From Wickerhamiella versatilis (lineage: Eukaryota), in NCBI GenBank assembly GCA_030867685.1, contig JAQOWU010000003.1, positions 248,001 through 312,000 of the forward strand: a stretch of DNA of 64,000 bases, written 5' to 3'. The notes below the pieces were generated by a model. The model did no database searches. It was given only the letters and a program-made list of their open reading frames with translations, and had not been told where the DNA came from. The translations under genes were made by a program, and so were the position numbers. Position 1 is the first letter of the stretch; every line of letters starts with the position of its first letter. This document shows, one piece after another, positions 39,913 through 50,465 of the stretch.

Positions 39913-42711
39913 TTAGATAGGAATCTGTCCTGGCGGAGGTCCGAAGTATCCAACAGCAGGTATAGAGTGGTAAGAGAGATTAACCCCATTGTAATCATTT
40001 GTCGTGGTGTAAATCGAATTCCCACCCCAATTAAGATCAACAATATGGTTATATTGAGTAGCGAAAAAATTGAATAAACCACCAAAGGCTACGCCAACAA
40101 ATATCGCGCTATACATAACAAATGCGTATTTGGCCCACCATCGCGGGTATCGAGGCTCAACCCACTTACGAAGGAATAAACCCATTTCAAAGTTTGGCAG
40201 CTGGTACCACCAGTTACTTGGGGCCCATCCAGAGGCTCCAGACAACAGCATCATTTCGTTCACGTAGTCTTTAAGGAAAATATTTGCACCATGGAATATG
40301 CGGTTCATCCAGCTACCAGGTCTAAATTTGTCCGCAATCTTACCAAAGTATCTTCGGCCCAACCAGAATGGGACTGGATAAAGCGCTCCAAACAAGAAAA
40401 CATACTTCAACGACGGGTACAAATCATTGAACACAATGTTTGGGCCTATCATTCCATACTGAATACCAGCATTGAAGAATGTCTTCTCGTCAGGGCAAGT
40501 GAACTTTCGTGCACCATCTGGGTTTTCACACATATTTTTAACAGCTCCTGATGTCTGCCAGGAAATCAACCCAGCTTCCACGAGTGAGACACAGACCATA
40601 CTAACAATCTGAACGCGGAACAAAGAACGCTGAGCAATGCCAACGTAGTTAGCCATAGCCAATTGGTTAACCCAGTTGTCGGTTTGTGCCATTGTGGTTA
40701 TAGCAAAAGTACGGCCGATAATTACACCGGTGGCTGACTTAATACTTTGACTGGGATCACTGCTTTTCATTGCAAACCCACAAATAATCTCAAGTAATGT
40801 CGACACACTAAATCCACCAGTAGTTCTTGCACGCAGGACATTATCAGGATAAACAAACACCAATGTAAAGCCCAAAGCAAGGAACACACTCCAAACCCAG
40901 TTCAATTCCAGAAAATCATAAATACCGAAAAACACAAGACATAACACAATCGATATCACAAACATAACTAAATACCACGATTCGGGGGTCTCTGGATATT
41001 TTGCCATAGCACGGGTAAAGCGAGTGTCGAATTGTTGCAGAACATCACCAGGGACGAGCATGCCTTTGATTACCATCTTCACAGAGTCTTTCCAATTCAT
41101 TTCTCCCTGGCCAGTCCAGCTACCCTTTGCAATATTATTGAATGAAGTGCGAATCATCTTACCATAGGCCAAAATTGAATACACGAACATTCCAGGCAAC
41201 ATAGCAAGCTCAATACCAACAGCAACTAAGTACCCAGCAGTATAATATGGTGCTGAATATTGCTGGTAAAGTTCCGGAACGAACGTACCATTTGTGTTTA
41301 CAACCCTACTAAGGTTGTACGGTTGACCGGTATTATCAAATAATGAATTAGAATTGATCGGAAGATGTCCAGTATAACGCACATTCGTATACCACATGAC
41401 AAGCAATGCAAAAGTACCAATTGACAGACCAGCCATAGTTATGACCTGGATCTTCCATGGGACATAAATGCAGCTAAATCCAATATTGTTCAAGTCAAAG
41501 GTTGGGATAGGATTGAAGCCCAAACCATTGAAGGGACCAGTTACTGCCTGAAGAACTGGGTCGGTAGGGTCCATCCACGACGTCCAAGTAAAATACGATA
41601 GCGATGCCCATACAAGATTAGTAATCCAAAACCAGCCAAAACTCATCCAAGAGATTAGCCAGAAAAACTCATGCGAGGTAAACGGCCAACCACTAACCTT
41701 CTCACGGACTTCAGTTTGTACTAGAGCGCGGTTAAGCCGCAACCAAGGGAGTATATCGAACCACACCATCTTGGTGGGATATACGCAGAATGCTCTGAAA
41801 AATCCTGAAATGCCAAATCCAAGGAAATTTGTACACAGTGTCAACAACACAGGAAAACCGAAGCCCTTCGCTTCATCCATACCCAGAAAATGCTCGTTTG
41901 CGAGGGAGATAACGGCCTGTTGGGAGTATGGTGACGTAAGACAGACTGCCATGGCAAGATAGGCGAACGTCTGCTCTTTGAAGGTCCAAGGATGGCCACT
42001 ATTAACGACAAGTTTACTTGGAGTAGTCCCGATGTAGGGTATTCTGACCCTGGGGAAAGGCATTACAATTCGGGGAAGTCGTGCCCAGAGCTGGCCGCTG
42101 AGGCAAATAAGCAGCTGCACCGCACCTGAATCAATCGTGATTGCAGGATAACGGACCTCAAAGAATGTGTCCAATGTGCAGCCCGCACAGGCCCAAATTG
42201 TTCCGATAATATATGTACGAAGATTCTCGTAATCGTCCTCATCCTCTTCGTCAATGGGACGGGTAACAAAACGCACCTCAGGGTAAATCGACCACTCGTA
42301 AATAAGGAAAGTTTCAAAAGCAACCATGGTTCTCCATTCCTCCATGGTCATATTCGGGAGGGGTCCCTCTAACAAGGAGGCCAAAAATTTCCTATACTTA
42401 CGTGGAACACACTCATCGTCATCGTGATACTCGACCAGACGCCGTAGAATTTCAAGCCATTCGGCGGTTGTGCGGTCCTCCATGTGGGAATAGATCAATA
42501 GAATGTCATCCTCAGAAATAGTCTTGAAGTTGAACTCATCCCATTTCTCTGCAACATCGACCTGCTTAATCGATCCTTCTGTAACGTCGACAGGAGCCTT
42601 GGTGAGAAGCTCCACTTTGCTGTCAGTGGCAGAGGCAATATCCTCAATGACACCTTCCTTTTTGGTAGGCTCATACCCAAAGTCCTCAATGATCCCTCCT
42701 TTTTCAGACAT
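39913..42711 (-). CDS. OPT-family oligopeptide transporter, copy 3 (more divergent)
   Basis: WSIYPEVR, NSGHPWTFKEQ, YSAPYYTAG, YPETPESWY, WGGNSIY, GYFGPPPG. Confidence 0.92.
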   Translation of the reverse strand: MSEKGGIIEDFGYEPTKKEGVIEDIASATDSKVELLTKAPVDVTEGSIKQVDVAEKWDEFNFKTISEDDILLIYSHMEDRTTAEWLEILRRLVEYHDDDECVPRKYRKFLASLLEGPLPNMTMEEWRTMVAFETFLIYEWSIYPEVRFVTRPIDEEDEDDYENLRTYIIGTIWACAGCTLDTFFEVRYPAITIDSGAVQLLICLSGQLWARLPRIVMPFPRVRIPYIGTTPSKLVVNSGHPWTFKEQTFAYLAMAVCLTSPYSQQAVISLANEHFLGMDEAKGFGFPVLLTLCTNFLGFGISGFFRAFCVYPTKMVWFDILPWLRLNRALVQTEVREKVSGWPFTSHEFFWLISWMSFGWFWITNLVWASLSYFTWTSWMDPTDPVLQAVTGPFNGLGFNPIPTFDLNNIGFSCIYVPWKIQVITMAGLSIGTFALLVMWYTNVRYTGHLPINSNSLFDNTGQPYNLSRVVNTNGTFVPELYQQYSAPYYTAGYLVAVGIELAMLPGMFVYSILAYGKMIRTSFNNIAKGSWTGQGEMNWKDSVKMVIKGMLVPGDVLQQFDTRFTRAMAKYPETPESWYLVMFVISIVLCLVFFGIYDFLELNWVWSVFLALGFTLVFVYPDNVLRARTTGGFSVSTLLEIICGFAMKSSDPSQSIKSATGVIIGRTFAITTMAQTDNWVNQLAMANYVGIAQRSLFRVQIVSMVCVSLVEAGLISWQTSGAVKNMCENPDGARKFTCPDEKTFFNAGIQYGMIGPNIVFNDLYPSLKYVFLFGALYPVPFWLGRRYFGKIADKFRPGSWMNRIFHGANIFLKDYVNEMMLLSGASGWAPSNWWYQLPNFEMGLFLRKWVEPRYPRWWAKYAFVMYSAIFVGVAFGGLFNFFATQYNHIVDLNWGGNSIYTTTNDYNGVNLSYHSIPAVGYFGPPPGQIPI

Positions 42712-44858
42712 CACTCTCGCTATTTCACGATAGAGAAATTAGGCCGGATGGGACGGGATATATGCTTTTTGCCTGCTCTTATCTTAAATTTGTAATAGTA
42801 TGCATGCGATACCCTTCGTATGCATATGGAGCAAGATGAATAAATTGAGAGCCGTAAAGAAGCTCTCTAGTGCCTGTTCTAGTATATATTTTACTAAAAA
42901 GAATTCTTTGATTCAAACCACTGCTTTCTCGGCTGCTAGTTAGCATAGGGTTTATTATCATTTGGCAAATATGTTGGATATGTGGGTAAGGAAATCTGCT
43001 TGAATGGCCGATCAAATTTTTAGGTACTGAACTAAGGACCCCTGGTACCCACCTGAAATCCTAACTCTATTATTAGCACAGTGTTTCGGCCCATTAACAA
43101 TTAGTAGGACGTAGCTGCGGTGTGCAACGATGAGTTTTAATGATAATGCGACTACGTCGTATTGGGATATATTTACCGCATTGGATCGTAGTGGCTGGAG
43201 TTGACGATTACACTGGTTTAACAATAACTCTTAAGGATATATCATTATATATTTTTGTCAAGAATTGAAACGAATTACACGCGCTCAGTGGCTAAACTTC
43301 TGTCACGCCACGCCATGACACGATCTCTTCCTAGCTATTTTTTCTTGACCTGTATATCTTGATTGATCTCCGAATTTGCACTTTCCAGGAGAAAACTTTA
43401 AGAAAAAGGCTGAAGAGGAGTATTCTATGTGCTAAGTACTAGAAGACTAATTAGCCGATAACTTCAGGATCATGCCTCTTGACAAAAAGTGGTACGTTGA
43501 AGCTTAAATGCTTTCGTTTGAAAAAACAGTAAACGGTGAAAACTCCATAATTTCTTCACTTCCTAACGATAATAAGATCAAATCGCTCTCGTGAAAAAGA
43601 GCTTATCTAATGAAGTTTCTCCGTAATCGCCTTCTGGGGGAGGCTCAGAGACCCAGAAAGCTTTAGCTCTTATCTTAGCATGCCATAAAGATGTTAGGGT
43701 TATGCAAGTACTTTCGCGAATGCATTGATATATCGTAAATTGCACTCAGAAGATAAAGTTTTAAGGAATTTGATATACCGAAGTATCCTGTGGTGGGCTT
43801 TTTTTCCTAGCTGTGGCCTGCTAGGGTTGATTATCAAATCAAAAGTTATATACGACGACTATCAAACAAGGGGGAAGACAGTGATCGGCATTGTGCCTGT
43901 GAGTTTGACAAAGTTCTGAAGAATTATTATTGGTGGTACTTTACACAGTAATTATAAGGATATGGCTCCGAGAGCTGAATGGAGAGGCCAGAAAGTCAAG
44001 TCATAATTAGTATGTAGCGGGTCTCTCACTTTTTTATATTTATATGGCTTGCCAAATTTAGCATGTGACACTTACAGGATGTAAGCTACTACATCGTCGG
44101 CTTAATCTGCACATACTATCACGGTCTGATTGCCACGAACTTCTTTATGTGGTCTTGTCACAGAGATCGGAAAGGCTTTCTACACAGTGTACTCTGTGCC
44201 TAAAGGTCACATAACTCTAATTCTATTTTCACATCAGCTTTTCCAATATCAAAAAATAAAAAAGTTATATAATCACCGTGACTCCAATTGGGCACTCGTC
44301 AGTCTCAGAGAGGTGCGCACCTTATCTAGTGCCGTATCACTAGGGTAGGGGTAAAGGAATATGTTAATTTTATGAGACTAGCTTACGGCAATTGCTAAAG
44401 TTAGGAGCAATACATGCAAAGCTAATATTTAATGGATTCCTGCTTAATTAGACCGAGACCGTAGCTGTGGATATTGTGCAAGTAATGTGGAAAACAAGGT
44501 AACAATATCTTTTGCCAAGGAAGATAGTCTGGTATGCTGCTGTGACCTGACGTATAGCTGTATACATCTAACTTGTAAGTTGACAGCCCGTATTAGGTAC
44601 GTGATGGTATTACGGAGCAATATCAATATCGCTATAGCAAACTCCCCAGTAGGAAGTGTGTAGTTCTACTCTAAACATAGCGAAGAAAGTACTTTGGACT
44701 CAGAAGAGAGCATTGACCCTTCGGTGAATGAGACAAAAAGCCTTTTAAGCGACTATACGTCTCTCTGACATTTATCTTCTGCGTTTCTTTGAATTTCTTA
44801 AAAGGCCTTCTGGTTACTTTACCACTTCACCCTTACCCAACGTGACTGTCTCTCTCGT

Positions 44859-45908
44859 ATGGTGATGAGCGTGGCAAAATCTGACAGGTTTGAGATCCAG
44901 CTGTACCCACATAGCAGCCACGAATGGTACACGTTTGGTGATAATATCAATGCTCATCTTTTTTTGAATCAGAAAAAGGCACGGCCTATTGGTAAGGTAA
45001 CAGCGAGACTGAGATGCGTACAAATAGTGCGTTTGCCGAAACATCAGGGATGTAATAGCCAGCAGTTTCATATGGAGGCAATCGAACGTTATAATGGCCC
45101 TGAAATCCCCGTTATTGACCTTACTGGTCATAAGTTAGCAGCTAAGAGTCACCGCTATCCTATCAGCTTCGTGATACCTTCAGAAATCAAAGCCTTACCG
45201 CCTTCGTACGATGACTGGTATACTGGCTTCGGAAAATCTGAGTGGTACGGTGCCAAGTGGTTTCTAGAACTGAACGAGTCGACCGATTTGGTAATTTCTG
45301 AGGAAATACCTATTCGCGTGTTTCCAAAAGGTTCACTCGTTACGCCTACACCCTTGACTCGTCGCATCATGGAAAAAAGTTTCGATGTGAAACTTCCTCC
45401 CCTACCGCGATCGCAAAAGCTGTTACAGGTTGGGAAGTATGATCGATGTCAGGTGATGGCAAGTATGCAATCGTCCACAATTGTGTACGCTGGCCAGCTG
45501 CCAGAGCTTTGCATCGCCATCAGAACCGATATAAGAGATGTTGCTGTGCTATATAAAGTTGTTGTTTCCCTACGTTCTCGTGCTAAGACCAGTATCGACA
45601 ACTGGACAAATATAAGTGAAAGCACAAAAGTCCTTGCGAAATGGTACCCTGATATTCCAATTGATGATGAGGTTGATATAACCTCGGAAATCCTCGCTAA
45701 CCTGCGTGAGCAGAAGATTTGGCAATACGATATAACTACTGATATGACCTCGGTTACTCATTTTTTGGATTTTCGAGCCATAGTTTTAGGCAAATGGAAT
45801 CCAGGATTCAATGTGACCTTGCGACTTACCTCTCCTATACGAATTGCGGCACCGTGGGATGGTAGTACTAATGAAGAGGTACTTCCCGCATACTCTGTTG
45901 TGGCCTAA
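44859..45908 (+). CDS. Alpha-arrestin-like protein (candidate Rsp5 adaptor)
   Basis: Arrestin-N pattern YTFGDNINAHLFL..HRYPISFVIP..LPPSY; C-terminal LPAY PY-type motif. Confidence 0.7.
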   Translation: MVMSVAKSDRFEIQLYPHSSHEWYTFGDNINAHLFLNQKKARPIGKVTARLRCVQIVRLPKHQGCNSQQFHMEAIERYNGPEIPVIDLTGHKLAAKSHRYPISFVIPSEIKALPPSYDDWYTGFGKSEWYGAKWFLELNESTDLVISEEIPIRVFPKGSLVTPTPLTRRIMEKSFDVKLPPLPRSQKLLQVGKYDRCQVMASMQSSTIVYAGQLPELCIAIRTDIRDVAVLYKVVVSLRSRAKTSIDNWTNISESTKVLAKWYPDIPIDDEVDITSEILANLREQKIWQYDITTDMTSVTHFLDFRAIVLGKWNPGFNVTLRLTSPIRIAAPWDGSTNEEVLPAYSVVA

Positions 45909-46555
45909 TGAAATATCCCCAATTCTGATCTTCGTGGCCAGTGGGTATCTTGGATTGCAACCTAACCGAATCGCAATATTTCAGCATGTCCATAAATCTA
46001 TTCGCTAACAAGTCCTCGAAGCTAGGTAAGTAGGTAGTCCACAAATTGCTGTTAATGCTTATTACTTCGTACAATTGTGTATGCTTTCGGTATTATTCTC
46101 TTTTTATAATCACATTATCTGCGTCATACAGCTCCAGGGCATAGTTCTGAAGTAGCCCATTAATTCGCTAATTGAGGGATTTGCGTCATAGAAGCAAGGG
46201 TTTTTTACAGCTGACATCAATAGTTGGAAACTTTTCAAATACTACTAATGGCAGGTAACGATGATTGCTTTGGGGACCTATCCAAAAATTGTTAGAAAAA
46301 TTTCAACTACCAATGACTATTCAAGTAATACCATCAGATATCTCATAAGAGTAAGATATGACAAACGTGGAGACAACATCCTACTATCTCTGGCTCATAA
46401 CACTGACTTCAAGGCTAGTTCTGTGTTAAGAACTAAGCTTCCGATATTATTATTTTCTTCCTTAGTACTAGTAGAGGAATCCAATACTCACAGTGATAAT
46501 CAAACTTGACTTACGTCTTTAAGGTGTCACCGATTATTATTTGCGCTACCAGAAA

Positions 46556-47593
46556 ATGCTGAATCTAACAGGAACGGACTTAATTGAAGCAGATATTTAC
46601 CCTTCATCTGAGCGAAAATGGTTCAACTTTGGCGATAGGGTGGTTGGCAAGGTAGTATTGAGGCTTAAGACTTCAAAGGTCATTGGTAAAGTAACAGCGC
46701 AGCTGAGATGTATTGCAATAATACGGTCGCCTCCAGATAGTAGATCGATCAGCTCTGAGTTTTTCATAAAAACTAATGAAGTTTTCAACAGTCAAATTAT
46801 GACTGTTGCTGATCTAGGGGATCATAAAGTGGCTGCTAATGTTCACCAATATCCCATAAGTTTCACAATCCCGTCCGATATTAAAGATTTACCTACTCCA
46901 TATGATGACTGGTGCTCCTTTAAGGGCAAGAAAAAGTGGTGTGGTGTAAAGTGGGTTTTAGAACTCAAGGAATCAAATGGCATACTGCAGTCCATAGACG
47001 CGCCCATTGTTGTCTTTCCCGAAAGTAACACTATCACTCCGCTTATCCACCCATTACAGGAATCACAGGAAGCCTTCGAGATCGAAATCCCTCCTTATTC
47101 CAGATTGAGAGGTGCATTTGTGAGTCTCTTCGTTGAGAGACAGTACCGTTGTGAGGTAAAGATGTGCATGAAATCCACGCCCGTTATCTATGCGGGCAGT
47201 CCTCCCGATATCTCTTTATCCATCATGCCAGATGTTCCAAATCAGATAGTAATGTTTCAAGTGGTCGTCTCTCTTTGCAACTGTGTGGAGACAACAGAGG
47301 GCTATTGGACTAATACGAATCAGAATTCCAGGGTTCTTGCAAAATGGTATCCACAAAAAACGCTATATGGACCACTTGACCTAACCGCCGAATTCCGCAG
47401 GAATCTACGAGAGCAAAACGTATGGGAAAGCGACCTAAAATTTGGCTCGGTCAATGTAACACATTTTTTGGAATATACTGTATCTGTTTACGCCAAGTGG
47501 AATAGGGATGTACAGCAGTTGTTGAAACTCACCTGTCCCGTCAAAATAGTTCCACCAGTTATCGCAAAAATGCCACCAGCGTATAGTTCTTAG
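46556..47593 (+). CDS. Alpha-arrestin-like protein, tandem paralogue
   Basis: First ATG is 46556; FNFGDRVVGKVVL, IGKVTAQLRC, HQYPISFTIP, YDDW, VLAKWYP and VTHFLE shared with the upstream copy; ends PPAYSS (PPxY). Confidence 0.72.
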   Translation: MLNLTGTDLIEADIYPSSERKWFNFGDRVVGKVVLRLKTSKVIGKVTAQLRCIAIIRSPPDSRSISSEFFIKTNEVFNSQIMTVADLGDHKVAANVHQYPISFTIPSDIKDLPTPYDDWCSFKGKKKWCGVKWVLELKESNGILQSIDAPIVVFPESNTITPLIHPLQESQEAFEIEIPPYSRLRGAFVSLFVERQYRCEVKMCMKSTPVIYAGSPPDISLSIMPDVPNQIVMFQVVVSLCNCVETTEGYWTNTNQNSRVLAKWYPQKTLYGPLDLTAEFRRNLREQNVWESDLKFGSVNVTHFLEYTVSVYAKWNRDVQQLLKLTCPVKIVPPVIAKMPPAYSS

Positions 47594-47715
47594 TATAGTG
47601 GCAGGAGCAATATTATCCACCACAGACGTAGTCTTATTTTATCCCAGATTGATACCAAAGACTGCGAGCTGGTTTGCATTGTCAATTGAAATCCACATGC
47701 TAAAATCTAATGCAA

Positions 47716-48738
47716 CTAGTTAGCTACTTTTACAACAAGCTTGCCATAATTTTTTCCTTTAAGAAGCCCCATGAAAGCTTGGGGCGCGTTTTCCAGACCA
47801 TTAACAGTGTCTTCAAGGTACTTCACCTCGCCTTTACTGACCCACTCAGTCATGTCCCGAATAAACGCGGGCTGTTCGTCAAAGTGTTCTGAAATGATAA
47901 ATCCCTGGACTAAGAGTCGCTTCTTCAATATAGCTGTCAAAAACTGTGGGAGCTCATTTTGTCCAGTGGTAAGTGCTGTCTTGTCAGCATTATACCAGCT
48001 TATCAATCCACATACAGGAACTCGGGCAAAATCATTGAGCAGCGGCCATACCGCTTTAGTAACCTCACCACCCACATTTTCAAAGTAAACGTCAATTCCC
48101 TTAGGTACTGCCGCATGCAGCTTGGCAGCGAAGTCGTGATCATGGTGATCAATACAGGCATCGAATCCTAAAACGTTCAAAACGTGGTTACACTTCTTCT
48201 CACCTCCAGCAACTCCAACAACCCTGCAGCCTTTTAATTTTGCAATTTGGCCAACAGTAGCACCAACCGGTCCGCTCGCAGCAGCGACCACCACCGTTTC
48301 TCCCGCCTTGGGCTGACCTATCTTTAGAAGCCCATGCCACGCAGTAAGTCCAGGCATTCCCAAGACACCCAATGCCCATGAAGGGTTCTTCAGATTTGAC
48401 GGTAATTTATGAGCAGTTTTACCATCTATGATGGCACGACTTTGCCAGCCAGTTAAGGTAAGAACGAGGTCCCCAGGAGACAGGCCTTCATACTCAGATT
48501 TTTCTACCTCTGCAACATTGGAGCCTGTCATAACATCTCCCAGTTCTAAGCTTGCTGCATAGTTCTTTTCAGCCGACATTCTACTACGCATATATGGATC
48601 CAAAGACAGGTAGAGTATTTTGACCTGTACCTGACCTGTTGAAAGAGGCCCTAATTCAACTTCCTCCTTACGAAAGTTCTCCTCGATTGGCTCACCATTT
48701 GGACGGGAGGCCAATACAATTCGTTCGCTAACCACCAT
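47716..48738 (-). CDS. NADP-dependent alkenal/double-bond reductase (CurA/YncB, prostaglandin-reductase-like MDR)
   Basis: IVLASRPNGEP, YLSLDPYMR, LGVLGMPGLTAW, AAASGPVG, GIDVYFENVGG, VPVCGLIS, KNYGKLVV. Confidence 0.92.
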   Translation of the reverse strand: MVVSERIVLASRPNGEPIEENFRKEEVELGPLSTGQVQVKILYLSLDPYMRSRMSAEKNYAASLELGDVMTGSNVAEVEKSEYEGLSPGDLVLTLTGWQSRAIIDGKTAHKLPSNLKNPSWALGVLGMPGLTAWHGLLKIGQPKAGETVVVAAASGPVGATVGQIAKLKGCRVVGVAGGEKKCNHVLNVLGFDACIDHHDHDFAAKLHAAVPKGIDVYFENVGGEVTKAVWPLLNDFARVPVCGLISWYNADKTALTTGQNELPQFLTAILKKRLLVQGFIISEHFDEQPAFIRDMTEWVSKGEVKYLEDTVNGLENAPQAFMGLLKGKNYGKLVVKVAN

Positions 48739-48950
48739 ATTCGTTGCTGCTTGTTATGTAATATGGCAAATTAACGTTTTGTATCCGAGCCGAGGTAAAA
48801 TTCAAATGAGGAAGATAGTAGCTAAGCCGCCAAAATTTGGTAGATAACGGTTATCGCAGCCGGAATAGTAGAAGCCGTAAGAGATAATATATCACTTAAA
48901 GATCAACTAGATAATAACTACGGCTTATGCGTCTGGTAGGACAAGTAAGA

Positions 48951-50465
48951 TTATGAGTGCCAGTAGTCGTTGCCATTCTCATAAGCATATGCAAACTTCT
49001 GGCAATGTGGGCTGTCGTAGTCTTTCTGTGACCCAAGAGGCCAAATAGGGATCTGACAAAATTCGTCACTGCCACAATCCTCACAAAATTTCCAAGAGGG
49101 CCAGCGCAAATAATCTAGCAGGTCTGATAATCTCTTTTTGGCATCTCTGTGGGACCCGGTATGACTTAGAACTGATAGGTCAGAGCATATCCGAAGGGAA
49201 ACCGTGTATATAGAATCAGCTGCTAAGGAAGGAGATTGGAAATCGGGTATGAATTGTACCGCACATCTGTGAAATAGACTTGAGTCATCGGTATCAGAAG
49301 CATCTATGAATGGTTTCACAAGACGGTTAGTCTCTTCCAAGATATCATTAAGGTGTGGTGTCCTCGACATCATTTTCAGGCTAGAACCATAGCGCTTTAC
49401 AACCATGTCCGCTATAGCCTGCCAGTCTGTTTCTCTTTCCTCTGGATTTAGGGTGAGAATCCACGACTTAATGTCGTGCTGTATAGGTTCTAAATCATGC
49501 GCAGGAATATGATTGAGTCTGGGAAGAGGAGAATCTTCCGGAAAGAGATCCAGGCTATAGTTGTATGCAGTAATAAACTGATCAAAATTAGTGATTACAC
49601 GATTGCCACCGAGTCCCTGGTACCTGGATGAAAAAACACGCATATCATCGGCCATGCCATTGAATCCCGGCTTTCCATGTCCGTCATGCTCAGGTTCACC
49701 ATGTGAAACAGCATCCATATCGATAAGATCGAGATTTGAGAGCGGATTGCATAGATTCACCTCAAACCCAAGCTCCATTCGGATCATTCCGTCGATCCTT
49801 CCTTCGAAATCGGTTTCAGCTAGACTGCAGAGAGCATAGAGCCTGTCATAATCTCTCATACCGTCCTTCTCAATCGTGTCATTGAATAGTATGCGGTCCT
49901 GAAAGTCCAATGTCCCTTTATCTGATTTACCCGCGGACATCCCATCGAGATATATCAGCCTCAAGTCCCGAGATGCTACATATGTATGTAGCCAACCGTA
50001 ATTGGACATATTTTGCCCTGATGTACCTATCCATGCTTCCTCATCGCTTCTCTTCGTGCTTCCCCAAATTCTATTCCAAATATTTCGAAAGAATCTCATT
50101 ACAGTTCTGATTAAAGTGTATCCCTCATCATCTGGACCTCCGGGACCCCCGGGACCTCCAGGTCCTGGACCATCAGGGCCTCTAGGTGGCTTGGGCCTCG
50201 CAAAATTTAGTGCGTGCTCTGGCTCAAAGGCCAAGAAAACCACATCTGTTCTAGGTGTTCTGGAAGCATCGCCATGAAAAAGCCGTGTACCTTTAGGTAT
50301 CTGGGCATAGAAAAGAGACATCCCGTTATGATCCACAGAAGAACCCCATGCCTTCATGGCGGATTGGATGGAATTGAATATGTGATTAGCATTTTCCAAA
50401 TCACTGGAGAAGGCATAAACGTATGCGACACAGAGAAAACTGAGTATTGTTTGCATAGAGTGCAT
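48951..50465 (-). CDS. Conserved fungal secreted/membrane protein of unknown function
   Basis: Hydrophobic N-terminus; NANHIFNSI..WGSSVDHNGMS, YLDGMSAGK, IRMELGFE, DWQAIADMVVKRY; Cys-rich C-terminus; Gly/Pro low-complexity insert. Start is 50465 or 50456. Confidence 0.75.
   Translation of the reverse strand: MHSMQTILSFLCVAYVYAFSSDLENANHIFNSIQSAMKAWGSSVDHNGMSLFYAQIPKGTRLFHGDASRTPRTDVVFLAFEPEHALNFARPKPPRGPDGPGPGGPGGPGGPDDEGYTLIRTVMRFFRNIWNRIWGSTKRSDEEAWIGTSGQNMSNYGWLHTYVASRDLRLIYLDGMSAGKSDKGTLDFQDRILFNDTIEKDGMRDYDRLYALCSLAETDFEGRIDGMIRMELGFEVNLCNPLSNLDLIDMDAVSHGEPEHDGHGKPGFNGMADDMRVFSSRYQGLGGNRVITNFDQFITAYNYSLDLFPEDSPLPRLNHIPAHDLEPIQHDIKSWILTLNPEERETDWQAIADMVVKRYGSSLKMMSRTPHLNDILEETNRLVKPFIDASDTDDSSLFHRCAVQFIPDFQSPSLAADSIYTVSLRICSDLSVLSHTGSHRDAKKRLSDLLDYLRWPSWKFCEDCGSDEFCQIPIWPLGSQKDYDSPHCQKFAYAYENGNDYWHS

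Noticed and set aside
28793-42711. Idea that the OPTs are YSL-type metal-nicotianamine transporters feeding the AZC cluster
   Set aside because: Length and motifs match the peptide-transport (Opt1/Opt2) clade, not YSL.
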